A stretch of 64,000 bases of DNA from Polyangiaceae bacterium (GTDB lineage Bacteria; Myxococcota_A; Polyangia; Polyangiales; Polyangiaceae). The notes below the pieces were generated by a model. That model saw only the letters and a list, made by a program, of their open reading frames with translations. It ran no database searches and was not told where the DNA came from. Positions 49,148 to 59,553 of the stretch are shown piece by piece. Both the position numbers and the translations under genes were made by a program. Location: contig JBNKBE010000008.1 of the NCBI GenBank assembly GCA_050287085.1, positions 169,448-233,447 on the forward strand, given 5' to 3'. The first letter of the stretch is position 1; each line of letters starts with the position of its first letter.

Positions 49148-50278
49148 GTGGCGATGATTTGGAACTACCCAACCCGTGTTCGCTTTGAAAATGGGGGCAT
49201 CGAGACGCTACCCGCCGAGTTGCGTCTACTGGGTGCGACTCGAGTTCTGGTAGTCGTGGATGAACACCTTCCCGCCGCTCTGAGCGCTCGCGTGCTCGAC
49301 GTGCTTCGTTCAGGGGACCTTCAGGTTGAGCTCTTTTCTGGAGTAAGGGCGAATCCACTGGAGGGCGACGCAGCGGCCGGGGCGGAGGCTTTTCGCCGCG
49401 CGGGTGCGGACGCCATCGTCGGCTTGGGTGGGGGTTCGGCGCTCGATGCGGCGAAGCTCATCGCGGTGCGTCTTGCTAGCGAGCTGCCCTTTTCGCAGCT
49501 GGATGATGCGCTCGGGGGCGATGCGCTCATCCCCGAGTCACTGGTTCCTATCGTTGCGGTGCCCACCACGGCTGGCACCGGCAGCGAGGTGGGTCGAGCG
49601 GCGGTGGTGACTGCGGCGGACACCGGCCGAAAGACGGTCATCTTTCATCCGCGACTCATGCCGCGGCTGGCTTTGTTGGATCCAGAACTGACGCTGGGTC
49701 TGCCGCCCGGGCTCACCGCGGCAACGGGGTACGATGCCTTGACGCACAATCTGGAGGCGCTGGTGGCTCTGGGCGATCATCCAATGGCGGACGGGATTGC
49801 CTTGGAAGCGCTGCGGCTCGTCGGGCGTTTCTTGGTCTCGGCCACCCAGGAACCAACGCTATTGCCCGCACGGGGCGCGATGATGAAAGCCGCGATGATG
49901 GGGGCGGTGGCGTTTCAGAAGGGGCTGGGCGCCTGCCACTCGCTGGCACATCCGCTGGGAAGCGAACTCGGCCTCCATCACGGCCTTGCCAATGCGTTGT
50001 GTTTGCCCGCGGTCGTCGACTTCAATCAAGCGCTTTGCCAGGAGCCCTATGCCCGTGCAGCAGAGGCACTTGGCTTTGCCCACGACGTGCCGCTGGCTGA
50101 AGGACTGCGTCAGTTCCGGGCCGAACTCGGCCTGCCTTCAGGCCTCGCGGCGGTTGGGGTCACGCGGGAGCAGCTGCCCACGATCGCCGCGCTGGCTCTG
50201 CAGGATGGCTGTCACCAGCAGAATCCCAGAACCTGCACCGAAGCGGATCTTCATGGTCTTTTGGTCGCTTCTCTTTAG
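49148..50278 (+). CDS. Iron-containing alcohol dehydrogenase
   Basis: GGGSALDAAK, PTTAGTGSE, DALTHNLE, HSLAH, HHGLANA. Confidence 0.93.
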   Translation: MAMIWNYPTRVRFENGGIETLPAELRLLGATRVLVVVDEHLPAALSARVLDVLRSGDLQVELFSGVRANPLEGDAAAGAEAFRRAGADAIVGLGGGSALDAAKLIAVRLASELPFSQLDDALGGDALIPESLVPIVAVPTTAGTGSEVGRAAVVTAADTGRKTVIFHPRLMPRLALLDPELTLGLPPGLTAATGYDALTHNLEALVALGDHPMADGIALEALRLVGRFLVSATQEPTLLPARGAMMKAAMMGAVAFQKGLGACHSLAHPLGSELGLHHGLANALCLPAVVDFNQALCQEPYARAAEALGFAHDVPLAEGLRQFRAELGLPSGLAAVGVTREQLPTIAALALQDGCHQQNPRTCTEADLHGLLVASL

Positions 50279-50408
50279 CCTTCCCACGACTACGCGAAGT
50301 GCAATTGTTGGTGGCGCATAAGCGACAAGCATCCGGTTGGCTCAGTGGTGGCGCTCGCGTCGTGACGGTGAAGCTGCGAGCGCTCAGGGGAGCTGCGAGG
50401 AGAGCCTG

Positions 50409-51455
50409 GTGCCGCCGATAGCGGAACGGGAGGCTATCGCGTTGCTGCGCGCCGTGCTGGATGTTCCGACAAGCGCCTTTGACGTCGGAAATGGAGACGA
50501 CGCCGCCGTTTTCCACGCGCGCGGACAGCTTGTGTGGTCGGTGGATGATTCGGTGGAAGGGCGTCACTTCAAGCGCCACTGGTTATCGTGGGCAGACGTT
50601 GGGTGGCGCGCGACCCACGCGGCGGCAAGCGATCTGGTCGCCATGGGCGCGCGGCCCCTAGCGGGACTGTGCAGCCTCCAGCTGCCGGAGGGCTTCACGC
50701 GCCCGGAGCTGCGACAGCTCGCTCGCGGTCAACGAAGTGCGAGCGACGCCCTGGAGTTGCCGATCGTCGGTGGCAACATCACGGGCGGAGACGTCCTCCG
50801 CCTCACAACCAGCGTCTTGGGACGCACCAAGCGGCCCTGGCTTCGCGGGGGCGGTCAGGTGGGGGACGGGATTTGGCACTTCGGGCCCCTTGGAAGCGCC
50901 GGTGCTGGGCTTCGTATTCTATCGCGGGGGCTTCGAGCCCCGAGAGGATTGGGCGCCAGCTATGAAGCCTGTGTGGCTGGCTTTCGACGCCCTTGTGCTC
51001 AACTGCAGGCGCTTCAGGGTTTGCAGCGTCGGATGGTACATGCGGCCATCGACATTTCCGATGGGCTCGCAGCTGATCTGCAGCACATTGCGGAGGCTTC
51101 TCACCTTGAGCTCCGACTTGATCCGCGGGCGCTGGCCGACGCCGTGCCGGAAAGTGTGTCTCGCTGCCTCGCCGTCTGGGGAGAAGAGCCCTTGGCATTT
51201 GTGCTCGGCTCCGGGGAGGACTACGGACTTGTCGTCTTGTCGCCCCGAAACTTGGCCCCCGTCGGGGGACGTTGGCTAGGTCAGGCGGGGCCCTGCACCA
51301 CGCGACATGGTCGTGTGCTGTGCCAAGATCGGATCGTGAGCGCGGGTTTCCAGCATGGTGTGGCCCCGACCCCGCGAGCACGGGGCCGGGGTGGCCCTAG
51401 GAGCGCAGGTTTGCTGGGCGCTACTTGCAGGCTGCGGGCACGCCCGCACCCTTGA
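50409..51455 (+). CDS. thiL: Thiamine-monophosphate kinase
   Basis: GNGDDAA, VEGRHF, SDLVAMGARP, VGGNIT, AAIDISDGL..DL.HIAEAS, GEDYGL. Start uncertain. Confidence 0.92.
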   Translation: MPPIAEREAIALLRAVLDVPTSAFDVGNGDDAAVFHARGQLVWSVDDSVEGRHFKRHWLSWADVGWRATHAAASDLVAMGARPLAGLCSLQLPEGFTRPELRQLARGQRSASDALELPIVGGNITGGDVLRLTTSVLGRTKRPWLRGGGQVGDGIWHFGPLGSAGAGLRILSRGLRAPRGLGASYEACVAGFRRPCAQLQALQGLQRRMVHAAIDISDGLAADLQHIAEASHLELRLDPRALADAVPESVSRCLAVWGEEPLAFVLGSGEDYGLVVLSPRNLAPVGGRWLGQAGPCTTRHGRVLCQDRIVSAGFQHGVAPTPRARGRGGPRSAGLLGATCRLRARPHP

Positions 51456-51834
51456 GCATACCGCTGAGTCCCGACAGGAACGTCTTGGCGCCAGCGTTGG
51501 TGTTCGCAGCGCCGCAAGCGCTGGCTGCAAACTGCATGTAGCCCTTGGTGGGCTCTGGTGCATTGGCTGCGTTTTGTTTCAGCGCAGCGCAGCAGGCTGA
51601 AAGCGGTCCGGACGAGCGGTGCCCTCCCGTCTTCGGAGCCTCTTCTTCCTCTTCCTCTTCTTCTTCCTCAACCGGCAACACGAGCGTCGACGGTGTCGCT
51701 GCGGGCTTTGCCTCGGGCAGGGGAGGGGGTGGATCGTTGTTTTGGTTGCACGCTGGCAGCAACAAGCCCGCGGCCACCACGACAGCGGCGCTCTTCAGCA
51801 GAGCACTGCTCAATAGCGCCCCACCGGTTCGCAT
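51421..51834 (-). CDS. Small lipoprotein with acidic linker and four-Cys helical domain
   Basis: Lipobox LPAC, poly-Pro and poly-Glu linker, CCAALKQNA...AASAC...PAACK. Confidence 0.7.
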   Translation of the reverse strand: MRTGGALLSSALLKSAAVVVAAGLLLPACNQNNDPPPPLPEAKPAATPSTLVLPVEEEEEEEEEEAPKTGGHRSSGPLSACCAALKQNAANAPEPTKGYMQFAASACGAANTNAGAKTFLSGLSGMLKGAGVPAACK

Positions 51835-52144
51835 TTGCCCCAGAGTCGATTCGCCGGATCCCACTTCAATCATTCTTTGCATGGCTTTTCTTCCGCTCAC
51901 TTCTTGGGTGGTGCACGGTTGAACGCGTGCGCCGTCATGGCTATCGGGGGCATCCGGCGGGGCCCGATCCCCTCGACACCGGTTCTCTTTTTAGCGGAGC
52001 CGTCTCCAAGGGGACAGATTTTTCAAGAGATTTACTGGCGTCGGCGAGGCGGGCCCGACTCCGCGAAGGAAGGTTCCGTCGCGTTTCGCCGGAGTGCGGG
52101 CCAAGACAGCGGACGCCGCTTGTAACGAGGGCCCCCCGGGTCGC

Positions 52145-55100
52145 TCAGCTGCAGCCCATCGAGTTGCCGCAGTTCAGGCATTTGTAGCAAGCACCGTTGC
52201 GCACGGTGATGTGCCCGCAGCCGTCGCAGACCGGCGCGTCACCCATCAACTCTTCCAAGTGGGCACCGAGGGCGCCGTGCTCTCCAAATTCAGCCGTGCT
52301 TGGAGCCGCGGGGGAGGGTGGGGCCGTCTGAACCTGCTGGGCCAGGCTGTTGCTAGTCGGATCATCGATCACGGGCACGTCATCGGGCTCCGGCTTGACC
52401 TGCGCAAAGTCGTAGCGCTTGAGGTATTCCACTCCGAGCACGCGGAACAGATAATCCATGATCGACGTTGCGAACTTGATATTGGGATGACCCGAAACCG
52501 GACCATGGGGTTCGAAACGCGTGAACGTGAACTGGTCTACATAGGTCTCCAACGGAACGCCATATTGCAGCCCCACCGAGACAGCCATTGCAAAGCAGTT
52601 CATGAGTGAGCGGAAGGCGGCTCCCTCCTTGTGCATGTCGACGAAGATCTCGCCGAGCGTCCCGTCTTCGTACTCACCGGTGCGAAGAAACACCTTGTGG
52701 CCCCCCACGCGAGCTTCTTGCGTGAAGCCTCCACGCTTATGGGGCAAGCGAACCCGTGTCCCGATGGGGCGACGAGAAGTCTGCTTCGCTGCAACGAGCG
52801 CCTCGGTGGGCTCTGCGCTCGTCTCTTCCTTCTCTTCGGCGGCACTTGAAGACAAAGGCTGCGAGGCTTTGCAGCCGTCGCGATACAACGCCACCGCCTT
52901 CAGCCCCAGCTTCCAGCCTTCTTCATAGATATGCTTGACGTCTTCGACGGTCGCATCGTTCGGCAGATTTACGGTCTTGCTAATAGCGCCGGAGAGGAAG
53001 GGCTGTGCCGCCGCCATCATCTTGATGTGGGCCAGCGGCGCCAGATAGCGTTGTCCGGTCTTGCCGCAGCGATTGGCGCAGTCGAAAACGGCGTAGTGGC
53101 GTGCCTCGAGGTAGGGGGCGCCCTCGATTGTCATGCGACCGACGATGGTATCGTTAGCGGTATCGATCTGGCTCTTCGAGAACCCGAGATGACGCAGCAG
53201 GCTAAACCCCGGTGTGGCCATCTTCTCGGCTGTAATGCCGAGCCGCTCATAGGTGTGCGAGCCCAAAATCCAGGGAGCAAAGGCCAGCGATAGTTCGAAT
53301 ACGCCAGGAAGTGCTCGCTCGATCTTGTTGAGATCCTCATCGGTCAATCCGGCTTTTCCGAGCGAAGCGCGATTGATTTCGGGGGCACCAAGCAGCGTGT
53401 TGGTTCCGGATACATAGGCGACGATTTCTTGAATCTGCACCTCGCTGTATCCGAGTCGTCGCAGCGCCTCGGGCACGCTCTGGTTGACGATCTTGAAGTA
53501 TCCCCCTCCAGCGAGCTTCTTGAACTTCACCAATGCGAAATCGGGCTCAATACCGGTGGTGTCACAGTCCATCAGCAAGCCAATGGTACCGGTGGGGGCA
53601 AGCACTGTTGCCTGCGCATTGCGATAACCGTATTCCTCGCCCAAGTTGACGACGTCGTTCCAGTCCTCAACGGCGGCGCGCCAAAGCGCTTCCGGACAGC
53701 GATCGCGGTCGATGGCATAGGCCGCTTCCTGATGGCGCCGCATTACGCGCAGCATCGGTTCGCGGTTCTGAGCGTAGCCGGCGAAGGTGCCTTTGCTCTT
53801 GGCGAGCAGCGCGCTCGTCCGATAGGCGCGACCGCATAGGATGGCTGTCAGCGCGCTGGCCATAGCGCGTCCGGAATCCGAGTCGTAGGGGATCCCTTGC
53901 AACATCAACAGCGTTCCGAGATTGGCGTAGCCCAGGCCGAGAGGACGGTAGTCGTGGCTATTTTTGGCAATGCGCGCCGTCGGGTAACTTGAAAGATCGA
54001 CCAGGATTTCCTGGGCGGTGAGGAAGAGCTCGCAAGCGTGCCGATAGCCCTCGATATCAAACCGACCTTCCGCGTCCAGAAACTTGGTCAAGTTGATGGA
54101 CGCGAGGTTGCAGGCCGAATCGTCGAGAAACATGTATTCGGAGCACGGGTTCGATGCGTTGATCCGATTCGTGTTGGGGCAGGTATGCCAGCTGTTTATC
54201 GTCGTATCGTATTGTACGCCGGGATCGGCACAGGTCCACGCGGCACCCGCGACCTTGGCCCATAGCTCTGCCGCATCCAATGTGTCCACGCACTCGCCCG
54301 TGGTACGAGAGCGGGTCTCCCAAGTGCCGCCCGTAAGCGCGGCCTTCATGAAGTCGTCGGTGACGCGGACGGAGTTGTTCGAGTTCTGACCGCTGACTGT
54401 TCGATACGCTTCACCGTTGAAGTCGCTCTCGAACCCCGCTTGGATCAGCGCCAGCGCCTTCTTCTCTTCGCGGACCTTCCACTCGATGAAGCTCTCGATC
54501 TCCGGATGGTCCATGTCGAGACAGACCATCTTAGCCGCGCGGCGAGTCGTGCCGCCACTCTTGGTAGCCCCCGCCGCCCGGTCGAAGACTTCGAGAAAGC
54601 TCATCAAGCCACTCGAAGTGCCTCCGCCCGATAGCTTCTCCTGGCGACCTCGGATCGCACTGAAGTTGCTGCCCGTTCCGGAGCCGTACTTGAATAGACG
54701 CGCTTCATTGCGCACCAATTCGTAGATCCCCATCAGGTCGTCGTCGACTGACTGGATGAAGCAGGCTGAACACTGCGGTCGCTGGTAGGCATTGGCGACT
54801 TCACCCACCTCACCGGCGTCGAAGTTCCACGCCCAATTGCCGCCGCTGCCTTCGATCTGGTACTCGTGGTACAGGCCGCAGTTGAACCAAACGGGTGAAT
54901 TGAACGCGCCGTATTGATGGATCAACAAGTAGGTGAGTTCCTGCTCGAAGGACTCAGCCGATTCCGCATCGGCGAAGTAACCGCCGAAGTCTTCCCCTGC
55001 GCGGCGAATGGTGTGTGCCACGCGGTGAACGACCTGACGCGCGCTGCGCTCCCCTTGGTTTGCGTCGCCGTACAAGCCCGCCTTGCGGAAGTACTTGGAT

Positions 55101-55417
55101 ACGATGATGTCGGTGGCGAGTTGGGACCAGCCCGCCGGCACTTCAGCACCCTCCAGACGAAATACCACCGACCCGTCCGGATTGGTGATGGTGGAGGTAC
55201 GGCGCTCCCACACCATGTTGTCAAAGGGCGAACAGCCCTTGCTCGTGAAGCGTCGTTCCACCGTCAAGCCCTGACCTTGGGTGGACGGCGCCGTGGCCTT
55301 CTGGGGGACGGCTTCGGAGGTCGACGCTGCAGAGGCGGCTGCTTTTGCGGACTCCGTCGCCTTCTGAGCGGGATCGCGATCTTTTTCGGTGGAAGAGACG
55401 GTGACGGACTGTGACAT
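52145..55417 (-). CDS. nrdJ: Adenosylcobalamin-dependent (class II) ribonucleotide reductase
   Basis: [50 protein letters not shown]-like domain, C-terminal CDGC...CYKCLNC. Confidence 0.96.
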   Translation of the reverse strand: MSQSVTVSSTEKDRDPAQKATESAKAAASAASTSEAVPQKATAPSTQGQGLTVERRFTSKGCSPFDNMVWERRTSTITNPDGSVVFRLEGAEVPAGWSQLATDIIVSKYFRKAGLYGDANQGERSARQVVHRVAHTIRRAGEDFGGYFADAESAESFEQELTYLLIHQYGAFNSPVWFNCGLYHEYQIEGSGGNWAWNFDAGEVGEVANAYQRPQCSACFIQSVDDDLMGIYELVRNEARLFKYGSGTGSNFSAIRGRQEKLSGGGTSSGLMSFLEVFDRAAGATKSGGTTRRAAKMVCLDMDHPEIESFIEWKVREEKKALALIQAGFESDFNGEAYRTVSGQNSNNSVRVTDDFMKAALTGGTWETRSRTTGECVDTLDAAELWAKVAGAAWTCADPGVQYDTTINSWHTCPNTNRINASNPCSEYMFLDDSACNLASINLTKFLDAEGRFDIEGYRHACELFLTAQEILVDLSSYPTARIAKNSHDYRPLGLGYANLGTLLMLQGIPYDSDSGRAMASALTAILCGRAYRTSALLAKSKGTFAGYAQNREPMLRVMRRHQEAAYAIDRDRCPEALWRAAVEDWNDVVNLGEEYGYRNAQATVLAPTGTIGLLMDCDTTGIEPDFALVKFKKLAGGGYFKIVNQSVPEALRRLGYSEVQIQEIVAYVSGTNTLLGAPEINRASLGKAGLTDEDLNKIERALPGVFELSLAFAPWILGSHTYERLGITAEKMATPGFSLLRHLGFSKSQIDTANDTIVGRMTIEGAPYLEARHYAVFDCANRCGKTGQRYLAPLAHIKMMAAAQPFLSGAISKTVNLPNDATVEDVKHIYEEGWKLGLKAVALYRDGCKASQPLSSSAAEEKEETSAEPTEALVAAKQTSRRPIGTRVRLPHKRGGFTQEARVGGHKVFLRTGEYEDGTLGEIFVDMHKEGAAFRSLMNCFAMAVSVGLQYGVPLETYVDQFTFTRFEPHGPVSGHPNIKFATSIMDYLFRVLGVEYLKRYDFAQVKPEPDDVPVIDDPTSNSLAQQVQTAPPSPAAPSTAEFGEHGALGAHLEELMGDAPVCDGCGHITVRNGACYKCLNCGNSMGCS

Positions 55418-55845
55418 GTTGGATCCCCTTCTGACTGCGTTCGACTGATGTTGATTGGAGCAGGCACGGGAGGGAGTCCGCTACGCGAAGCGACTCCCTC
55501 TACGAACCCAGCGCGATTCAAGGTTGTGCTGCTGTCGGCGGTACCGGTGCGGACAGCTTCGATGTGGCGCCAGCCCAAGGTCTGCGTGTGAGCTTGAGCT
55601 GCCAACGCGACGCACCCGGCATTTCCACGCGAGGCGTCCGCACCGCCGCTGGCGGTGCGGCGCCGGGCCAGAGCCTGTACGCGGGCCAGGTCCCACAAGC
55701 GGGAGAGGTCCTGTACAAGTGACACCTGCGCGGAATTCCACTGGACACTTTGCGCCTGCTCATCTCGATATCTGGCTACCTAAAAAGCTGAACAAGCGAA
55801 GACTTCATGCGCTGAACGACCGCTCAGCGAAGAGGGGCCCTTGTA

Positions 55846-55892
55846 CCCCAACAGATAGGGGTGTAGCAATTAAAAACCCCAAGTGCTTGGGT
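55846..55892 (-). promoter_or_regulatory. Tandem NrdR boxes
   Basis: Two 16-bp imperfect palindromes, CCCCAACAGATAGGGG (55846-55861) and CCCCAAGTGCTTGGGT (55877-55892), 31 bp apart, upstream of nrdJ. Confidence 0.78.
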
Positions 55893-56355
55893 AGAGAGCA
55901 GGATCCCGGCACGCCCCCCTAAGCAAATCCACAGTATTTCCACCTACCTTCAGTACTGAACAGCCTACTCCCAAGCTTGCCCACGCCCTTGTCCACAGAA
56001 CAGTCACACTGAACTTATGGGTAGCCGCTGGTCAACCTGAGCTAGTAGCGCTGACTCGGAAGCGCCGAGTCGGCGTCAGCGAGGGGGCTTTGCACAAACG
56101 AGCACACGGTCGCGCGGCACGCGGTGTCCTCGCGGCGCAGGTGGACTGAGGGCCCGCAGAGGAGTAAGTCATCCTACGCCGGCCGCTCCTCTAGCTGTGG
56201 CGGGCGGCCTCGTCGCGCCGGTCTCGCCCGGCTCGCGACTGACTTACCCATCCGCGGGCCCTCGGCCAGCGCTTTGCGAACGCCGGTCCACGACGCGGCG
56301 GCCAGCGCCCAAGAGCGCTTTTTCTGAATGCGCTTCTCCGAACGCTTTCCTGGCC

Positions 56356-57990
56356 TCAGGTCCCGTCGATGCGGGGCAATTCGATCGGCGCCTCAGGGTT
56401 GTGCTCGAGCTTGCGCACGACCTTGAAGTCGTTTGCCGGATCGAGCACGACCACGGGACCGAAGTGACTGAGCGGCTCTTGAAGTCGCTGGGCGTCTCCG
56501 GCGACGACGGCAAGGCCTGTGTTGGGCTTCGCATAGCGCGCAAACGCTTGTTCCGCTTGCTCGGCGCTGACGTCGCGCAGGGCAGCGCGATACTCGTCGT
56601 AGTAGCCGGGCTTCAAGCCCATTACGTCGAGGCGGGCTGTCATGCTCGCAAGCGACTCGACCGTTTCCATTTGCAGCAGGAATACGTCAGCGAGATAGCG
56701 AGTTGCGACTTGTTGCTCCGCTTCGCTCGGCGGATTGCTTGCAAGACGCGTGGCGTGGTCGAACAGCGCCTTGAGTGCAAGCCCAGCCTTTGCAGTCTGG
56801 GTGCCCGCCTTCAACACCAAAGGCCCCGGACCGTGAGCAACCTCGCCTACAGAGCTATAGGTGGAGTAGGCGAGCGATTGCTGCTCGCGAACGTCCAGAA
56901 AGAGCCGACCGCTCACTCCACCCCCAAGCACCTGGTTTGCCACCTTGACGGCGGGCCAGTCTGCGCTCTTGCGCTCGGGGCCGAGGAATGCCAGCGCAAC
57001 CTCCGCTTGTGGGCTGCTTGGACGATCGACGAGATACACCTCAAGGGCCTTCTTCGCCTCCGGAACCTTGCCCACAAGGCGGGGAGCGTTCCCACCCTGC
57101 CAGCTGCCAAAGTACTGTTTGGCCACTTCCTCGGCGCGTTCAGCCGTTACGTCCCCGGCGAGCACAAGGCGCGCGTTCTTCGGGGTAAAATGTTGCTTGT
57201 ACCACTGCTTCGCCTGCCACAACGTGCGTCGTTCCAGCTCGGACGGTAGTGCATCTACATGTGCGTAGGGATGCCCACCGGGTACGGCATAGAGCTCACG
57301 GTACAATACCATGTTGACCGCCCAGCCCGGGTTGCCGAGTGCTTGGCTCCTGACGCGGTCCAGTTCGCGCTGTCGCAGCTTGCGAAACTCAGTGGCATCG
57401 AAATTCGGCCGAAGGACTACCTGGCTCAGCAAGTTCAGCGCTTCGTTCAAGCGATCGCTTGTTACGGCCAGGCTCAGCGTGGTCGAGTCGCGACTGGTCA
57501 GCACATGCAGAGTCGCACCGAGACTCTCGATCTCGTCAAGTACCTTCTGGCTAGGACGACCCGCGCTGCCTCCCACCTTGAGCATCTCCCCCGCCAGAAC
57601 GCTGACTCCTGGTTGCGAGCCATCCGTGGCAGTTCCCGACAGAAGGACAAGCTGGATTTCCACCAAGGGTAGGGAGGAGCGTTGGGCCAGGTCCACGCTC
57701 AGACCGTTGGTGAGCGTCTTGGATACGACCTGCGGAAAGTGCCAGTCCGGGGCGACGCCAGCAGGCGGCGGCTTCTCACGTTCGGCCTCTGGTAGCGTGA
57801 CGTACTGTTCTGTCGGCGCGGCCACTTCGGCGCTCGGTTCGGGGGTGGGCACCGCACTGGCTACGGGGACAGGTGACGGTACCTCGCTCTTCGGGCGTTC
57901 ACAGCTGACGGCCGCGAGAAGGAGCAAGAGAAGGGTGGGGGCAGTCGGTGCTCGCATCGGGATCTCCATAAGGCGCTTCAATCGATTCAC
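56356..57990 (-). CDS. M16B peptidase, non-catalytic subunit (probable lipoprotein)
   Basis: Lipobox AVSC; LTNGL; no HXXEH; R/Y motif GRLFLDVREQQSLAY; GTGA overlap with the partner gene. Confidence 0.88.
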   Translation of the reverse strand: MNRLKRLMEIPMRAPTAPTLLLLLLAAVSCERPKSEVPSPVPVASAVPTPEPSAEVAAPTEQYVTLPEAEREKPPPAGVAPDWHFPQVVSKTLTNGLSVDLAQRSSLPLVEIQLVLLSGTATDGSQPGVSVLAGEMLKVGGSAGRPSQKVLDEIESLGATLHVLTSRDSTTLSLAVTSDRLNEALNLLSQVVLRPNFDATEFRKLRQRELDRVRSQALGNPGWAVNMVLYRELYAVPGGHPYAHVDALPSELERRTLWQAKQWYKQHFTPKNARLVLAGDVTAERAEEVAKQYFGSWQGGNAPRLVGKVPEAKKALEVYLVDRPSSPQAEVALAFLGPERKSADWPAVKVANQVLGGGVSGRLFLDVREQQSLAYSTYSSVGEVAHGPGPLVLKAGTQTAKAGLALKALFDHATRLASNPPSEAEQQVATRYLADVFLLQMETVESLASMTARLDVMGLKPGYYDEYRAALRDVSAEQAEQAFARYAKPNTGLAVVAGDAQRLQEPLSHFGPVVVLDPANDFKVVRKLEHNPEAPIELPRIDGT

Positions 57991-59414
57991 TGCTGCGCGG
58001 GCTGAACTACAACGGCGTGCGCGGCATCCGGAGTCAAGAACTCGCGAGCCGCAGTCTTGAGCTGCTCGGCGCTCACGCTATTGAAGTGCTGGACCTCGGT
58101 CGCCAACTCTCTAGCATCGCCAAAGAATAACTCGTATTGAGCAAGATATTGCGCCCGCGGGGTGGTGCCCTCGAGGCCAAAGACGAAGAGCGCTTGCATC
58201 TGCTGCTTGGCTTTCGCTAGCTGCTCGGGAGTCGGTCCCAACTCCGCGATGCGCGCAATCTCCTCTTCGATAGCGGAGCGCACCGTTTCGACTTTCCCAT
58301 GGTCGCTGAGCACAGCCTGAATCGCCAAGAGATCCGGACCGCGATGGTCGTAGGTCCACGCAGCGATGTTTTGCAGCTGCCCTTCCTTCTGCACCAGACG
58401 GTGATGAAGTATGGAACTGTCGCCGTAGGTCAGCAATACCAGCAGAAGCTCGAGCGCATAGTGCGCTGGCGTGCGGTGGGGGGGGATGAGATAGCCGAGG
58501 TAGAGTCCAGGCGTCCGCGCGTTCGCATCGATGTCCGTAGTCGACTGAACAGGGCTCGGATGCACCACCGGCGGGGGTAGATACGGTGGGACCTGGGTCG
58601 GCTTCGCGTCGGAGAAGTATTCCGTGATCCAAGCGAGCGTCTTCTGTGGATCTAGATCACCCGACACGGCCACAACCGCATTGTTGGGGGCGTAGTAGGC
58701 CGCATGAAACTCGCGAATCCAGTCCAGCTGGGCCGCGTCCAAGTCCGCCATGGAGCCAATGGTGGGATGCGCGTAGGGCCAGTAGTCGCCGTAGCTGAGC
58801 GCCTCCAATTTGATCAGCCCCTCGGCGTAGGGAGCATTGGATATGCGCATCCGGTACTCCTCCTGGACCACCTTGCGCTGATTCTCGAAGTTCTCTCGGG
58901 TGACGGCGAGCGACTTCATTCGGTCAGCTTCGAGCCACAGCGCGGTTTGCAGCCCGCCAGTGGGCACAATCTCGTAGTAGTTGGTGCGCTCATCCGACGT
59001 CGTCCCATTCAGCGAGCCGCCGCGGGATGCGACCCAGGTGAAATGGTCACCTTTGGCGACGTTGCGGCTTCCCTGGAACATCATGTGCTCGAAGAGATGG
59101 GCGAAGCCACTTCGGCCTGGTTGTTCGTTGCGGGAGCCAACGTCGTAGGTCACGCAGACGGAGACGGTGGGAACGTTATGGTCTTCATTCAGCACCACGC
59201 GCAGCCCGTTGGGCAGCTGATGACGCGTAACTGCGAGCCGCAGAGAAGGGGCTTCTGCCTGCTGCGCTACTGCGGGAGCTGCTTGCGACGTCGGGGCAGG
59301 CGCAAGCGACGCCTCGCTGGCACCCGCATTCGCTGGCAGCGTTGTGGGGAGAAGCGTGCCCAGCAATGTGGCACCAAGTAGGGACCGTCGGGCCGATGAC
59401 ATGAGCTGAGCCAT
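57987..59414 (-). CDS. M16B zinc peptidase, catalytic subunit
   Basis: LPNGL, VGSRNE, GFAHLFEHMMF (HXXEH), NGTT..ERTNY, VVQEE; signal peptide. Start uncertain. Confidence 0.93.
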   Translation of the reverse strand: MAQLMSSARRSLLGATLLGTLLPTTLPANAGASEASLAPAPTSQAAPAVAQQAEAPSLRLAVTRHQLPNGLRVVLNEDHNVPTVSVCVTYDVGSRNEQPGRSGFAHLFEHMMFQGSRNVAKGDHFTWVASRGGSLNGTTSDERTNYYEIVPTGGLQTALWLEADRMKSLAVTRENFENQRKVVQEEYRMRISNAPYAEGLIKLEALSYGDYWPYAHPTIGSMADLDAAQLDWIREFHAAYYAPNNAVVAVSGDLDPQKTLAWITEYFSDAKPTQVPPYLPPPVVHPSPVQSTTDIDANARTPGLYLGYLIPPHRTPAHYALELLLVLLTYGDSSILHHRLVQKEGQLQNIAAWTYDHRGPDLLAIQAVLSDHGKVETVRSAIEEEIARIAELGPTPEQLAKAKQQMQALFVFGLEGTTPRAQYLAQYELFFGDARELATEVQHFNSVSAEQLKTAAREFLTPDAAHAVVVQPAQQ

Positions 59415-59553
59415 AACATGCGCCCGCGAAACCGCAACCCGAGAGCCACTCCGGGGCGGGGCGACAGGCTTGTTCAGCTGCCGACCGAACACCTGCCCGA
59501 ACCATAGGGCCAGCGGATGCCGCTTCTGCTTGCGCCCAGCCTGCGCCCCACGT

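Noticed and set aside
55264..55725. 153-aa ORF upstream of nrdJ as a real gene
   Set aside because: It overlaps nrdJ out of frame by about 150 nt and has no recognisable motif.
55945..55975. Myxococcus-type LexA box around GTTCAG
   Set aside because: The upstream half (CTRHAM) does not match.
55920..56100. Chromosomal replication origin
   Set aside because: Few, mostly degenerate DnaA boxes, no clear unwinding element, and no dnaA/dnaN/gidA/parAB nearby; a promoter role fits better.
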